A DNA stretch of 47,174 bases from an uncultured Candidatus Saccharibacteria bacterium (GTDB lineage Bacteria > Patescibacteriota > Saccharimonadia > Saccharimonadales > Saccharimonadaceae). Of the stretch, positions 22,186 to 31,524 are shown in pieces (position 1 is the stretch's first letter; every line of letters starts with the position of its first letter). Location of the stretch: assembly GCA_964522475.1 (NCBI GenBank), contig CAZFVK010000001.1, forward strand, positions 5,168 to 52,341, in the 5' to 3' direction. The notes beneath the pieces are model-generated. The model was not told where the DNA came from. It saw only the letters and a program-made list of their open reading frames with translations, and did no database searches. The position numbers were made by a program, and so were the translations under genes.

Positions 22186-23193
22186 TCATATTGACTTCTG
22201 ATTTTTTAGGAACGTGAGAGTGTCTTTCATGGCGTCCTCAATGGTAAGATGAGTTTGCCAATTTAGTTCTTGTTTAGCTTTTGATGGATCGGCCCAAATT
22301 TCGGCGAGATCGCCGGGACGACGAGGGGCAAATTTGTGGGGAAGAGGTTTGCCGCTGATTTTTTCGAAAGTGTTGACAATTTCAAGAACGGACGTGGGAG
22401 TGCCAGTACCAAGGTTGTAAGCTTTGAATCCGGGAGTTTCTAGTGCAGAAATAGCAGCGAGATGGCCGTTTGATAAATCTGAGACGTGGATGAAGTCGCG
22501 ACGACAAGTGCCATCAGGGGTATTGTAATCATTGCCGTAAATAGAGAGTTCTTCTAACTCTTTTGTAGCGACTTTCATGACGTATGGCATGAGGTTGTTG
22601 GGAATACCGTTGGGGTCTTCGCCGAGTAGCCCGGAGGAATGATTGCCAATAGGGTTGAAGTATCTTAATGCTACGGCGGAGAATTCGGGATCTGAAGTAC
22701 AGACATCTTTTAGGATTTCTTCAATCATGTATTTAGTTTTGCCATAGGGGTTAGCGATGTGTTGGCCGGTAGGTATATCCTCGGTTTTTTTAGCGATATC
22801 AGAATCGCCATAGACAGTAGCAGATGAAGAGAAAATGATTTTTTTGACGTGAAAATTTTGCATGCATTTGAGTAAATTGATGGTGCCGGAAAGATTTTGC
22901 TGATAATACATGAGAGGTTTTTCGACGGATTCGGAAACGGACTTGAGACCGGCAAAATGAATCACCAAATCAAATCGATGTTCTTTGAAAATCTTTTCGA
23001 TGGTACCAAAATTAACGAGATTATCTTGGTAAAAAATAGGGGATTTTCCAGTGATTTCTTTAATGCTATCTAAGACAGTGATTTTGCTATTTGCGAGGTT
23101 GTCTACGATGACGACTTCGTGGTTATTTTTAAGTAAATCTACGACTACATGAGAGCCGATATAGCCGGTGCCGCCGGTGACTAATATTTTCAT
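22186..23193 (-). CDS. galE: UDP-glucose 4-epimerase
   Basis: TGGTGYIGSH, FSSSATVYG, YGKTK, LRYFNP, PNNLMPY and RRPGD. Confidence 0.96.
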   Translation of the reverse strand: MKILVTGGTGYIGSHVVVDLLKNNHEVVIVDNLANSKITVLDSIKEITGKSPIFYQDNLVNFGTIEKIFKEHRFDLVIHFAGLKSVSESVEKPLMYYQQNLSGTINLLKCMQNFHVKKIIFSSSATVYGDSDIAKKTEDIPTGQHIANPYGKTKYMIEEILKDVCTSDPEFSAVALRYFNPIGNHSSGLLGEDPNGIPNNLMPYVMKVATKELEELSIYGNDYNTPDGTCRRDFIHVSDLSNGHLAAISALETPGFKAYNLGTGTPTSVLEIVNTFEKISGKPLPHKFAPRRPGDLAEIWADPSKAKQELNWQTHLTIEDAMKDTLTFLKNQKSI

Positions 23194-23729
23194 TTATCTT
23201 CCTCCTTTTTAGATTTTTTACCGAAAACAAATTTGTCATAGAGAAGGAAATTCATAACCATAGTAACACAAGCGGTGAGAACAAAAGCTCCGGTGGATTG
23301 AACGAGTTCATAGGTGATAAAATCGAGATGAAGATTTTGACATATGTTAAAAGCAAATTCGTACAGCGGGGTAAACATAGCAAAAAATTGGGTGAGTCCG
23401 GGGCCGATGGGGAAAGTAAGTAGGCCATTCCAAATGAAGAATTTATAAATAGCGGTTTTGGTAACTCCGCGTTCTTTCCAGGTAATTTTGGAATGAAGGG
23501 TATAAGCTAGGATAGTGGTAGCAGCAGTGGCGATAAAGGTGGCAAGCCAGAGGAGCCTTTCTTCGTTAAAAATAAAGTTGGAAAGGATAGTAAATAGTAC
23601 GTAATTAAAAACAGTCAAGATTATTCCGATTACTAAATAGCGTTTGGCGTGCTGAGAAGTTTTGGTTTTTTTTGCATCGTTTTTTGAGGTGGCGGTAGAG
23701 ACCGCTTTGTTTTCTTCTTCTGATTTCAT
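23190..23729 (-). CDS. GtrA-like membrane protein (lipid-linked sugar flippase family)
   Basis: Four TM segments; RYLVIG...NY and NFLLYDKFVF. Confidence 0.7.
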   Translation of the reverse strand: MKSEEENKAVSTATSKNDAKKTKTSQHAKRYLVIGIILTVFNYVLFTILSNFIFNEERLLWLATFIATAATTILAYTLHSKITWKERGVTKTAIYKFFIWNGLLTFPIGPGLTQFFAMFTPLYEFAFNICQNLHLDFITYELVQSTGAFVLTACVTMVMNFLLYDKFVFGKKSKKEEDK

Positions 23730-23801
23730 TGATATTATTATAACACATCAAAGCCTTTACTCTCGACAAAAGTTGATTTTTGGTGTATAATAGGAAAGTT
23801 T

Positions 23802-26684
23802 ATGGAAGATAATTTTATTAAGGTACGGGGTGCGAGACAGAATAATTTACATGATCTTGATGTAGATATTCCTAGAGATAAATTGGTAATTATGACTGGG
23901 TTATCAGGTTCAGGGAAATCTAGTTTGGCTTTTGATACGATTTATGCAGAAGGGCAGAGGCGATATGTAGAATCTTTGAGCTCTTATGCGAGGATGTTTC
24001 TTGGTGTAATGGACAAGCCAGAAGTAGATTCGATTACAGGGCTTTCTCCTGCGATTTCGATTGATCAAAAATCGACCTCTCGAAATCCGCGTTCAACGGT
24101 GGCGACGGTGACTGAGGTGTATGATTATCTTAGACTTTTGTTTGCGAGAGTAGGGGTGCCACATTGTCCGATTTGTCATAAACCGGTGTCTCGGAGAACA
24201 AACGAAGATATTATTAATGAAGTAATGAAACTGCCACTAGGTTCTAAATTGATGGTATTGGCTCCGATTGTATCGGCTAAGAAAGGTGAGTTTTTGCATA
24301 TCCCAGAACAATACACTGCTAAAGGGTTTTCTAGGGTGAGAGTGGATGGGATTATTTATGCTTTGGATGAATTTCCGGAACTTAATAAAAATGAACGACA
24401 CGATATTGAGATTGTGGTGGATAGATTTGTGCTGTCGCCAGAGCTTCACTCTAGGATTAGTGGGTCAGTAGAGCAGGCTTTGGAACTCGGGCAGGGGATT
24501 ATTAAGGTTCTCAAAATTAACGATCGGACGACGGCGATAGATGAAAAACGAGTAAATTTGGATAATGCGGAAGTGCTTACTTATTCACAGAGATATGCTT
24601 GTCCGGATCATCCCGATGAATTGATACCAGAGCTCACGCCAAGGCTGTTTTCTTTTAACGCGCCTGAGGGGGCATGCCCTGATTGTACAGGATTAGGATC
24701 TAAGATGGAAGTAGATCCGGCACTTGTATTTAATAAAAATTTGACAATAGCGGAGGGGGGAATCAGACCGTTTAATAGAGTACAACAAGAATCGTGGTGG
24801 CTAAAAAGATTGATGGCGGTAGGCAAAAAACATAATTTTGATACACAGACGCCGATTGGAGATTTGTCGGAAGAGATACAGCATTTGATTCTCTATGGTA
24901 CAGGGGAAGAAAAATATGAGATGAGGATTTCTGGTTCGGGTCGGTTTGCGGAGGGGACGATTTATGAGACGACTTATGAAGGGGTAATTCCGATGCTGGA
25001 GAGACGGTATAATGATCCAAAAACTTCGGAGTTTACTAAGCATGATATTGAGAGATTTATGAGAGTGAGAGAATGTCAGACTTGCCATGGGGCGAGATTA
25101 AAGCCGGCGGTGCTTGCGGTGACGGTACATGATCTGAATATTGTGGATATGTGCAATCTAGATGTAGATGCGACACTCGAAGTTCTTAACCAAGATCTGG
25201 AGTTTAGCCCAGAGGAAGAGATGATTGCGGCGCCGATTCTTAAAGAAATTCGTGAGAGAGTGAAATTTATGAAGGATGTGGGGCTAGGGTATTTGGAGTT
25301 AGGTCGCGCGGCAAATACTTTGTCTGGTGGGGAGGCACAGAGGATTAGGCTTGCTACCCAGATTGGTTCGGGGCTTCAGGGGGTGCTTTATGTTCTGGAT
25401 GAGCCATCAATTGGGCTTCATCAGAGGGATAATGATAAATTGATTAACACCTTGAAGCATTTACGCGATCTTAAAAATACAGTTCTCGTAGTAGAACATG
25501 ATGAGGATACAATGTGGGCTTCGGACTATATTATTGACATTGGACCGGGAGCAGGGGTAAATGGTGGACGACTAGTAGCGTGTGGGTCACCAGCTGAGGT
25601 AGCGGCTAATCCTGAATCTATCACGGGGCAGTATCTTTCTGGTAAAAAAACGATTCCGGTGCCGAAGAAGCGACGCAAAATTCGCAAAGGCTATGAACTG
25701 GTAGTAAAAGGCGCTAGGGAAAACAATCTGAAAAATATTGACGTTTCGTTCCCGCTAGGGGTAATGACAGTAGTGTCGGGAGTGTCTGGATCTGGTAAAT
25801 CTACTTTGGTAAACAATATCCTTTCAAATGAGCTTTTGGCTAGACTTCACCGAGCACAGACAGTACCGGGGCTACACGATAAGATTGAAGGGATAGAGAA
25901 TATCAATAAAATTATCGTGATTGACCAAAGTCCGATTGGACGAACGCCGCGGTCTAATCCGGCTACTTATACTGGTGTATTTAATGCGATTCGGGAGTTA
26001 TTTGCTTCACAACCGGAAGCGGAAGTGCGAGGATACAAGGCGGGAAGATTTTCGTTTAATGTGAAAGGTGGAAGATGCGAGCACTGTCAGGGTGACGGAG
26101 TGAATAAAATTGAAATGCATTTCCTCCCGGATGTGTATGTAACTTGTCCGGCGTGTCATGGGCGGCGGTATAATGCGGAAGCGCTTGAGGTAAAATACAA
26201 GGGTAAAGATATTTCGCAAGTTTTAGATATGACGATTGATGAGGCGGTGGAGTTCTTTGGCTCGATTCCGTCGATTGCCGGTAAATTACGTACGATTCAA
26301 GAAGTGGGACTGGGCTATATTAAGCTAGGTCAGCCGGCGACGACTTTTTCGGGTGGGGAGGCACAAAGAATTAAACTTGCGACGGAGCTTGCGAGACGTT
26401 CTACAGGTAAAACCTTGTATGTTTTGGATGAGCCAACAACGGGGCTTCATACAGATGATGTGAAGAGACTACTTGAGATTTTAAACAAGCTAGTAGATGG
26501 GGGAAATTCGATGATTATTATTGAGCATAATTTACACGTGATTAAATGTGCAGATTGGGTGATTGAAATGGGGCCAGAAGGGGGGCTCAAAGGTGGGGAA
26601 GTTTGTGATCAAGGGACGCCGGAGGATCTAGCGAAACATGCTAAAACTCCAACTGGGGAGTATCTAAAGAAGTATTTGAAGTAG
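23802..26684 (+). CDS. uvrA: Excinuclease ABC subunit A
   Basis: Two ABC modules (GLSGSGKSSLAFDTIYAEGQRRY, GVSGSGKST), zinc fingers and LSGGEAQRIRLA. Confidence 0.98.
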   Translation: MEDNFIKVRGARQNNLHDLDVDIPRDKLVIMTGLSGSGKSSLAFDTIYAEGQRRYVESLSSYARMFLGVMDKPEVDSITGLSPAISIDQKSTSRNPRSTVATVTEVYDYLRLLFARVGVPHCPICHKPVSRRTNEDIINEVMKLPLGSKLMVLAPIVSAKKGEFLHIPEQYTAKGFSRVRVDGIIYALDEFPELNKNERHDIEIVVDRFVLSPELHSRISGSVEQALELGQGIIKVLKINDRTTAIDEKRVNLDNAEVLTYSQRYACPDHPDELIPELTPRLFSFNAPEGACPDCTGLGSKMEVDPALVFNKNLTIAEGGIRPFNRVQQESWWLKRLMAVGKKHNFDTQTPIGDLSEEIQHLILYGTGEEKYEMRISGSGRFAEGTIYETTYEGVIPMLERRYNDPKTSEFTKHDIERFMRVRECQTCHGARLKPAVLAVTVHDLNIVDMCNLDVDATLEVLNQDLEFSPEEEMIAAPILKEIRERVKFMKDVGLGYLELGRAANTLSGGEAQRIRLATQIGSGLQGVLYVLDEPSIGLHQRDNDKLINTLKHLRDLKNTVLVVEHDEDTMWASDYIIDIGPGAGVNGGRLVACGSPAEVAANPESITGQYLSGKKTIPVPKKRRKIRKGYELVVKGARENNLKNIDVSFPLGVMTVVSGVSGSGKSTLVNNILSNELLARLHRAQTVPGLHDKIEGIENINKIIVIDQSPIGRTPRSNPATYTGVFNAIRELFASQPEAEVRGYKAGRFSFNVKGGRCEHCQGDGVNKIEMHFLPDVYVTCPACHGRRYNAEALEVKYKGKDISQVLDMTIDEAVEFFGSIPSIAGKLRTIQEVGLGYIKLGQPATTFSGGEAQRIKLATELARRSTGKTLYVLDEPTTGLHTDDVKRLLEILNKLVDGGNSMIIIEHNLHVIKCADWVIEMGPEGGLKGGEVCDQGTPEDLAKHAKTPTGEYLKKYLK

Positions 26685-26772
26685 GATTTAGATAACGTAT
26701 TTTTTCATTAAGACCTTTTGTAGAAATTGCTCTTCTCTCCCCACCATCCTTCAAGAACTCTGTGTCATAGTG

Positions 26773-27011
26773 AATGTATTAAGAGCTTGATACTTTAGCG
26801 GATGTAGAGGCCATACTAGGAGGCTTGAACACACCGCACGTAGACCCCAGCGTAGCGGCCGCTGCCGCCGGTATATAGGCTACTACCATCGTAACGCAGA
26901 TGGTACCGCCACGCACCATTATAGGTAGTACTGCCCCACCAGTACCCGCGCGTAGACTCAAGGCGCAGCGTACCATTGTCGTAATACCCGCCCAGGACTG
27001 GGGAAAAGCTA
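26773..27011 (-). repeat. Variable-repeat-like cassette copy A (FISUMP/CLec C-terminus plus 43-nt tail)
   Basis: The reverse complement aligns with 46924-47174; the first 31 nt are identical and the post-stop tail is 42/43 identical. Confidence 0.9.
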
Positions 27012-27037
27012 GTGACGTCTCTTTGGCTATCTATTTC
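26816..27037 (-). pseudogene. 5'-truncated FISUMP-domain (Fibrobacter major paralogous, CLec-fold) fragment
   Basis: IDSQRDVTSFSPVLGGYY...GYWWGST...RYAGVYVRCVQAS*. There is no room for a gene body because the divergent tylF promoter lies ~35 bp upstream. Confidence 0.7.
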
Positions 27038-27088
27038 CACGATGTTCTTGCCTCTTGAGATGAGGCCGGTGTGGTATAATAGGGGAGC

Positions 27089-27661
27089 ATGGTTTGGAAA
27101 AACGATCAAGTGAGTGAGGGGGAAACGGAGTATATTCTAGATGTCGCTAGGGAATGCTTAGAAGTGTCTGGGGATTTTGTAGAGTTAGGATGTTATAAGG
27201 GCGATACTTCGTTGATGCTCGCAGAGGTTTTGAAAGGTTCGAACAAACTATTGTATTTATATGATTCGTTTGAGGGGTTACCGGAGAAATCGGAGGAGGA
27301 TTTTTCGCCACTAGGAGAGAATTTTAAGAAAGGAGAGCTTCTCGTGACTAAGAGAGAAGTAAAGGAGCGGTTTTTAAGGGCAGGACTCAAATTGCCGGTG
27401 ATTAAGAAAGGATGGTTTGTTGATTTTTCATCTTCTGATTTGCCGGAGAAAATTGCTTTTTGTTTTCTTGACGGGGATTTTTATGAGTCGATTAGAGATG
27501 GACTAAAATTAGTTGAAGATAAGATGGGTAGAGACGGGGTTTTGATTGTCCACGATTATAATAATCCGGAGCTTCCGGGAGTAAAAAAGGCGGTAGATGA
27601 ATGGATTAGCACTCAGGACTTGAAAGTGCTAGAAACGTGTGCTATAATCATGGGTAATTAA
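27089..27661 (+). CDS. TylF/MycF-family O-methyltransferase
   Basis: GDFVELGCYKG, DSFEGLP, KGWF, LDGDFYES, VHDY and PGVKKAVDE. Confidence 0.88.
   Translation: MVWKNDQVSEGETEYILDVARECLEVSGDFVELGCYKGDTSLMLAEVLKGSNKLLYLYDSFEGLPEKSEEDFSPLGENFKKGELLVTKREVKERFLRAGLKLPVIKKGWFVDFSSSDLPEKIAFCFLDGDFYESIRDGLKLVEDKMGRDGVLIVHDYNNPELPGVKKAVDEWISTQDLKVLETCAIIMGN
27606..27648 (+). promoter_or_regulatory. CIRCE (HrcA operator) overlapping the groES promoter
   Basis: TTAGCACTC-aggacttga-AAGTGCTAG at 27606-27632; TTGAAA(27620)-N17-TATAAT(27643). Confidence 0.88.
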
Positions 27662-27686
27662 CCTAAAATAGGTAAAAGGAGTAAAA

Positions 27687-27941
27687 ATGGCATTAAAACC
27701 GTTAAAAGACAGAATTGTGGCAATAGTAGAGAAGCCACTAGAAAAAACTAAGTCGGGGATTCTCCTAGGTGAGGCCAAAGAAAAACCAGCTTATGCAGTG
27801 GTAGAATCGGTAGGAAAAGAAGTAAAAGATGTAAAAAAGGGCGATAAGATTGTTTATAAAGAATATTCTACAACTGAGTTAAAAATTGATGGTAAGAATT
27901 ATATTATTTTGAAAGAGGAGGATGTCCTCGCGACATTATAA
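27687..27941 (+). CDS. groES: Co-chaperonin GroES
   Basis: LKPLKDRI, TKSGILL, VKKGDKI and ILKEEDVLA. Confidence 0.95.
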   Translation: MALKPLKDRIVAIVEKPLEKTKSGILLGEAKEKPAYAVVESVGKEVKDVKKGDKIVYKEYSTTELKIDGKNYIILKEEDVLATL

Positions 27942-27950
27942 GGAGTAAAT

Positions 27951-29561
27951 ATGGCAAAGAAAATTTATTACGAAGCAGAAGCGCGTGAGAAAGTGCTATC
28001 TGGAGCAAAACAACTTTATGATGCAGTAAAGGTAACTTTTGGGCCAAAGGGCAAAAACGTAATTATCGAGAAAGATTATGGTGCACCAGTGATTACGCAC
28101 GATGGTGTGACGGTGGCAGAAGCGGTGGATCTTCCTTCTACTGAAGATACGATGGGAGAAGCAGTAGGTGCTAAGTTGATTAAAACAGCGGCGCAGAAGT
28201 TAAATAAAGTGGCTGGTGATGGTACAACTACAGTAACGGTTTTGACATATAATATATTGTCTGAAGCAAATAAATTGATTGCTGCCGGTGTGAATCCGAT
28301 GGAGCTCAGGCGTGGGATTGAGAAAGCCGGAGCAGAAATTGTAGCAGAGATTGAAAAGTCTGCAGAGAAGATTGAAGGTAATTCTAAGAAAGTGGCAGAA
28401 GTGGCGACGATTTCGGCGGGGGATGCGGAAATCGGTAAACTAATTGCTGAGGTGATTTCGAAGATTGGCAAGGATGGTGTGGTAACGGTAGAAGCAGGCC
28501 AGGGCCTCGAAATGGAGCAAGAGATTGTGGAAGGATTTTCTTATGATAAAGGATATGCTTCGGCCTTCTTTATTACTGATGTAAACAGACAAGAGGCGGT
28601 ATTTGATAAACCACTTATTTTAGTAACGGATAGAAAGATTTCGGCAGCGAATGACATTTTACCATTACTTGAAAAGTGTGCACAGGCGGGAAAGAAAGAT
28701 CTCGTGATTATTGCTGAAGAGGTAGAGGGTGAAGCTTTGTCGCTTCTAGTTCTGAACAAGCTTAAAGGTGTATTTAACTCTTTGGTTCTCAAAGCGCCGG
28801 CTTTTGGGGATAGAAGAAAAGAAGTAATGGAAGATATCGCGATTTTGACTGATGCGACGGTGGTATCTTCTGATAAGGGCTTGAAACTTGAAGAGGTGGG
28901 CCTAGAGGTATTAGGTTCTGCTGGCAAAGTAATTGCGACAAAAGATGAGACAACGATTATTAAAGGTGCGGGAGCGCGGTCTGAGGTGGAAGCGAGAATT
29001 GAATTAATTCGGACTTTGGCCGAGAGTGCGAAGACTGATTATGAAAGAGAAGAGTTTGAAAAACGGGCGGCGGCATTATGCGGAAAAGTAGCAGTGATTA
29101 AAGTGGGTGGGGCGACAGAAACCGAGATTGATGAGAAAAAATTCCGAGTGGATGATGCGGTAGCAGCAACCAAGGCGGCATTACTTGATGGTATTGTGAC
29201 TGGTGGCGGGGTGACGTTGGTAAATCTTTCGATGTCCTTAGACGATTCTGATGATGGAGCTAGGATAGTAAAAAATGCTTTGAAAGCTCCATTTGTACAT
29301 ATTATGGAAAATGCAGGGTTAAATGCACAGGCGTTACTCGCTGAGGTGGAAAATGCTAAACCTGGGTTTGGTGTAAATGTGATGACGCCGGAAAAAGGTT
29401 TGGTTGACCTGAAGAAGGCAGGGGTGATTGACCCGGCTAAGGTGACTAAAGAGGCGGTGAAAAATGCTATTTCGATTGCGGCAACGGCAATTACGATGGG
29501 GGCACTAATTTGTGAAATCCCAGAAGAAAAGCCGATATCACAATCACCAGAAATGTATTAG
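27951..29561 (+). CDS. groEL: Chaperonin GroEL
   Basis: AVKVTFGPKG, THDGVTVA, AGDGTTT, KAPAFGDRR and GVIDPAKV. Confidence 0.97.
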   Translation: MAKKIYYEAEAREKVLSGAKQLYDAVKVTFGPKGKNVIIEKDYGAPVITHDGVTVAEAVDLPSTEDTMGEAVGAKLIKTAAQKLNKVAGDGTTTVTVLTYNILSEANKLIAAGVNPMELRRGIEKAGAEIVAEIEKSAEKIEGNSKKVAEVATISAGDAEIGKLIAEVISKIGKDGVVTVEAGQGLEMEQEIVEGFSYDKGYASAFFITDVNRQEAVFDKPLILVTDRKISAANDILPLLEKCAQAGKKDLVIIAEEVEGEALSLLVLNKLKGVFNSLVLKAPAFGDRRKEVMEDIAILTDATVVSSDKGLKLEEVGLEVLGSAGKVIATKDETTIIKGAGARSEVEARIELIRTLAESAKTDYEREEFEKRAAALCGKVAVIKVGGATETEIDEKKFRVDDAVAATKAALLDGIVTGGGVTLVNLSMSLDDSDDGARIVKNALKAPFVHIMENAGLNAQALLAEVENAKPGFGVNVMTPEKGLVDLKKAGVIDPAKVTKEAVKNAISIAATAITMGALICEIPEEKPISQSPEMY

Positions 29562-29732
29562 AACTTTTGTTCGCTCGGACTTGTTTGCTAGTAAAAATTA
29601 CAACATAAAGTCAAGAAAAAATGCCTTTATTCGCTTACGCTGGGGCATTTTTTCATTGTTAGGTTGTAATTTTTACGCAAACAAATCTGGTCTAAATCTC
29701 ATTTATGCTCACAAAAGTTCTAATACATTTCT
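29549..29732. repeat. 184-bp imperfect foldback (inverted repeat) overlapping the groEL stop
   Basis: A perfect 22-bp outer stem (29549-29570 / 29711-29732) and an inner ~45-bp stem (29581-29626 / 29642-29684). Confidence 0.9.
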
Positions 29733-29755
29733 TCTGTCCATGGTAAAATTATCTT

Positions 29756-30328
29756 ATGGGTAAGAGAACAAAAATGGAAAAGGGGATGAGGAACAAAAGA
29801 TATCGGAGGACCGAAGGTAAAATCCTTGGGGTCTTTTTTGTTGAAAATAAAAAGGGAACGACGATTGGGAAAATGGCAAAAAAGGCGGGGATTTCGAGAG
29901 CGACTATGTATATACATCATCGGACGATCAGAGAGGTGATACCAGATTATCGGCGATATATATTAGTGGAATATAGTAAATTGGTACGAAGGAAAATGCG
30001 AAAAAATAATTTGCCACTGAAGGCAATGTATTTTGAAACCTTGCTATTTATTTTGAGAAATAGAAAAATTTTTGAGATGTTGATTGAATTTGGTGATACG
30101 GAAACCTTGGCAAAGATTTTGGAAAAAATTAGACCAGAAATAATAGTTTCAGCGCGATTGCCTAAGAGTGCTGAGAAGGTTTTTCGAATCTATATAAGTG
30201 AAGTGATAGAGATAATAATAGAGTGGAGGGAAGGTGGGTTTCCTGAGAAGGAGATAGAAGAAGTGCTTTCTAATATAATGTATTTGACCGAGACGGCTAA
30301 GAAGAGGTTGATGCCGATAGATCAGTGA
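29756..30328 (+). CDS. TetR/AcrR-like HTH regulator
   Basis: RYRRTEGKI...TIGKMAKKAGISRATMYIHH helix-turn-helix. Confidence 0.7.
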   Translation: MGKRTKMEKGMRNKRYRRTEGKILGVFFVENKKGTTIGKMAKKAGISRATMYIHHRTIREVIPDYRRYILVEYSKLVRRKMRKNNLPLKAMYFETLLFILRNRKIFEMLIEFGDTETLAKILEKIRPEIIVSARLPKSAEKVFRIYISEVIEIIIEWREGGFPEKEIEEVLSNIMYLTETAKKRLMPIDQ

Positions 30329-30335
30329 GGCGAAC

Positions 30336-30370
30336 AAAAAAACTGCGTGAGGTGGGTACGCAGTTTTTTT
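30336..30370. terminator. Bidirectional intrinsic terminator
   Basis: aaaaaaactgcgt-gaggtgggt-acgcagttttttt between convergent genes. Confidence 0.85.
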
Positions 30371-30379
30371 TATTTTATT

Positions 30380-30958
30380 TTACATGCGATCGATAGAATC
30401 AATGATGTAGAGGAGGGCTTCAGCACGACTTTGATCATCTTTGATATCAGAAGCAGTGTGATAAGCTGATTCGATAACGCTAGAATCGTGGTAGTTGTCG
30501 ATAACATCTTTATAGATACCAAATTTTTGTTCGGCTGGAATGTCTAGCTTGTCTACAATTGGGGCGAGCTCGCGGAGAGCAGCTTCCTTGACTTGGTCTA
30601 TGCCGAGGTTGCCTTCCATGAAAGGAGTCTTTGGTTCTGGTTCATCTTCGTGTGCGATAGGAGTAGGCTCGATTTCTTCGATTGGTGCAGAAACTGGCTC
30701 AGCTGGAGCAACTTCTTCAGGTACCGGCATTGGTGCTGGAGCTGCTTTTGGTGCTGCCTTTGGTGGCATTGGTGCACGTGGGGCAGTTGGCATCGGTGCG
30801 CGTGGTGGCATGGCTGGAGTCATGCTGGCTGTTTCGAATGGCCCAACTGGTGCTGGTGCCGCTACTGGATCAGAAAATAGCGGATCATTACTAGTTGATT
30901 TAGTGATATCATCAATTGCTTTTTGTAGATCGCTGTCTACGCTTGTATTTTGGTTCAT
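30380..30958 (-). CDS. Hypothetical protein with a Pro/Ala-rich linker and helical C-terminal domain
   Basis: PRAPMP repeats; aaggtgg RBS-like motif and TGCTATAAT upstream. Confidence 0.75.
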   Translation of the reverse strand: MNQNTSVDSDLQKAIDDITKSTSNDPLFSDPVAAPAPVGPFETASMTPAMPPRAPMPTAPRAPMPPKAAPKAAPAPMPVPEEVAPAEPVSAPIEEIEPTPIAHEDEPEPKTPFMEGNLGIDQVKEAALRELAPIVDKLDIPAEQKFGIYKDVIDNYHDSSVIESAYHTASDIKDDQSRAEALLYIIDSIDRM

Positions 30959-31006
30959 TTGCCCACCTTTAATAAATTACTTATGTTTATTATAGCACAC
31001 TTTTTT

Positions 31007-31471
31007 CTAAATGCGCAAGAAATTTACTAATTTATCCAAAATATCGGATTTTACTTCTTCCATAGGAAGGCGAGCTCCCAAAGCATCAACGATGGCTTCG
31101 CCACTACCCTCTGGAAAATAAACTTTAACATTTATGCCTAAGCGTTTTTTGGGAATTAAAACGGCATAGTAATGGGAGCCGTCTTTGCTAATTCCAAAAG
31201 CACGAAAATTGGTAAAAGGATGTTTGATTTTACCTTCAGTGAGACCGGCGGAATTAAGAGTGTAATGAATCTTACGAGGAGGACGGAGATTAAAAACTAA
31301 GATAGTGATGACGCTTACGATGATGAGGGCAAGGAAGGTCCAATCTTGTAGCCAGACAGCGAGAGCGCCAAGCCCACCGGCGACTAAGAAAAGGCCAAAG
31401 TACCACCAGCCATTGTGAGATTTGGTGATGTATTCTTCGGCTTCCCAGGAGATTGAATTCGATTTGCTCAT
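31007..31471 (-). CDS. Conserved CPR-type two-TM hypothetical protein
   Basis: ISWEAEEY...WWY, two TM segments and a soluble C-domain; TGTTATAAT 6 nt before the ATG. Confidence 0.75.
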   Translation of the reverse strand: MSKSNSISWEAEEYITKSHNGWWYFGLFLVAGGLGALAVWLQDWTFLALIIVSVITILVFNLRPPRKIHYTLNSAGLTEGKIKHPFTNFRAFGISKDGSHYYAVLIPKKRLGINVKVYFPEGSGEAIVDALGARLPMEEVKSDILDKLVNFLRI

Positions 31472-31524
31472 GCTATAATTATAACATACCTTTTTTGTTT
31501 GAAATATGATAGAATGGTAACAAT

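Noticed and set aside
26816-27109. ORF-track start at 27109 for a 97-aa protein
   Set aside because: It overlaps the start and promoter of the divergent TylF-like gene, and its first ~24 residues show no domain similarity.
29560-29573. GAAC-N4-GTTC (Gram-positive LexA box-like) and GCGAACAAAA copies at 30330 and 34863
   Set aside because: The box lies at a stop codon inside a foldback arm, far from a promoter. None was seen upstream of uvrA, and the other copies lack the second half-site.
30540-30995. Plus-strand ORFs opposite the Pro-rich gene, and the many other 60-190-aa antisense ORFs
   Set aside because: They are shadows of well-supported genes on the opposite strand, with no motifs or expression signals.
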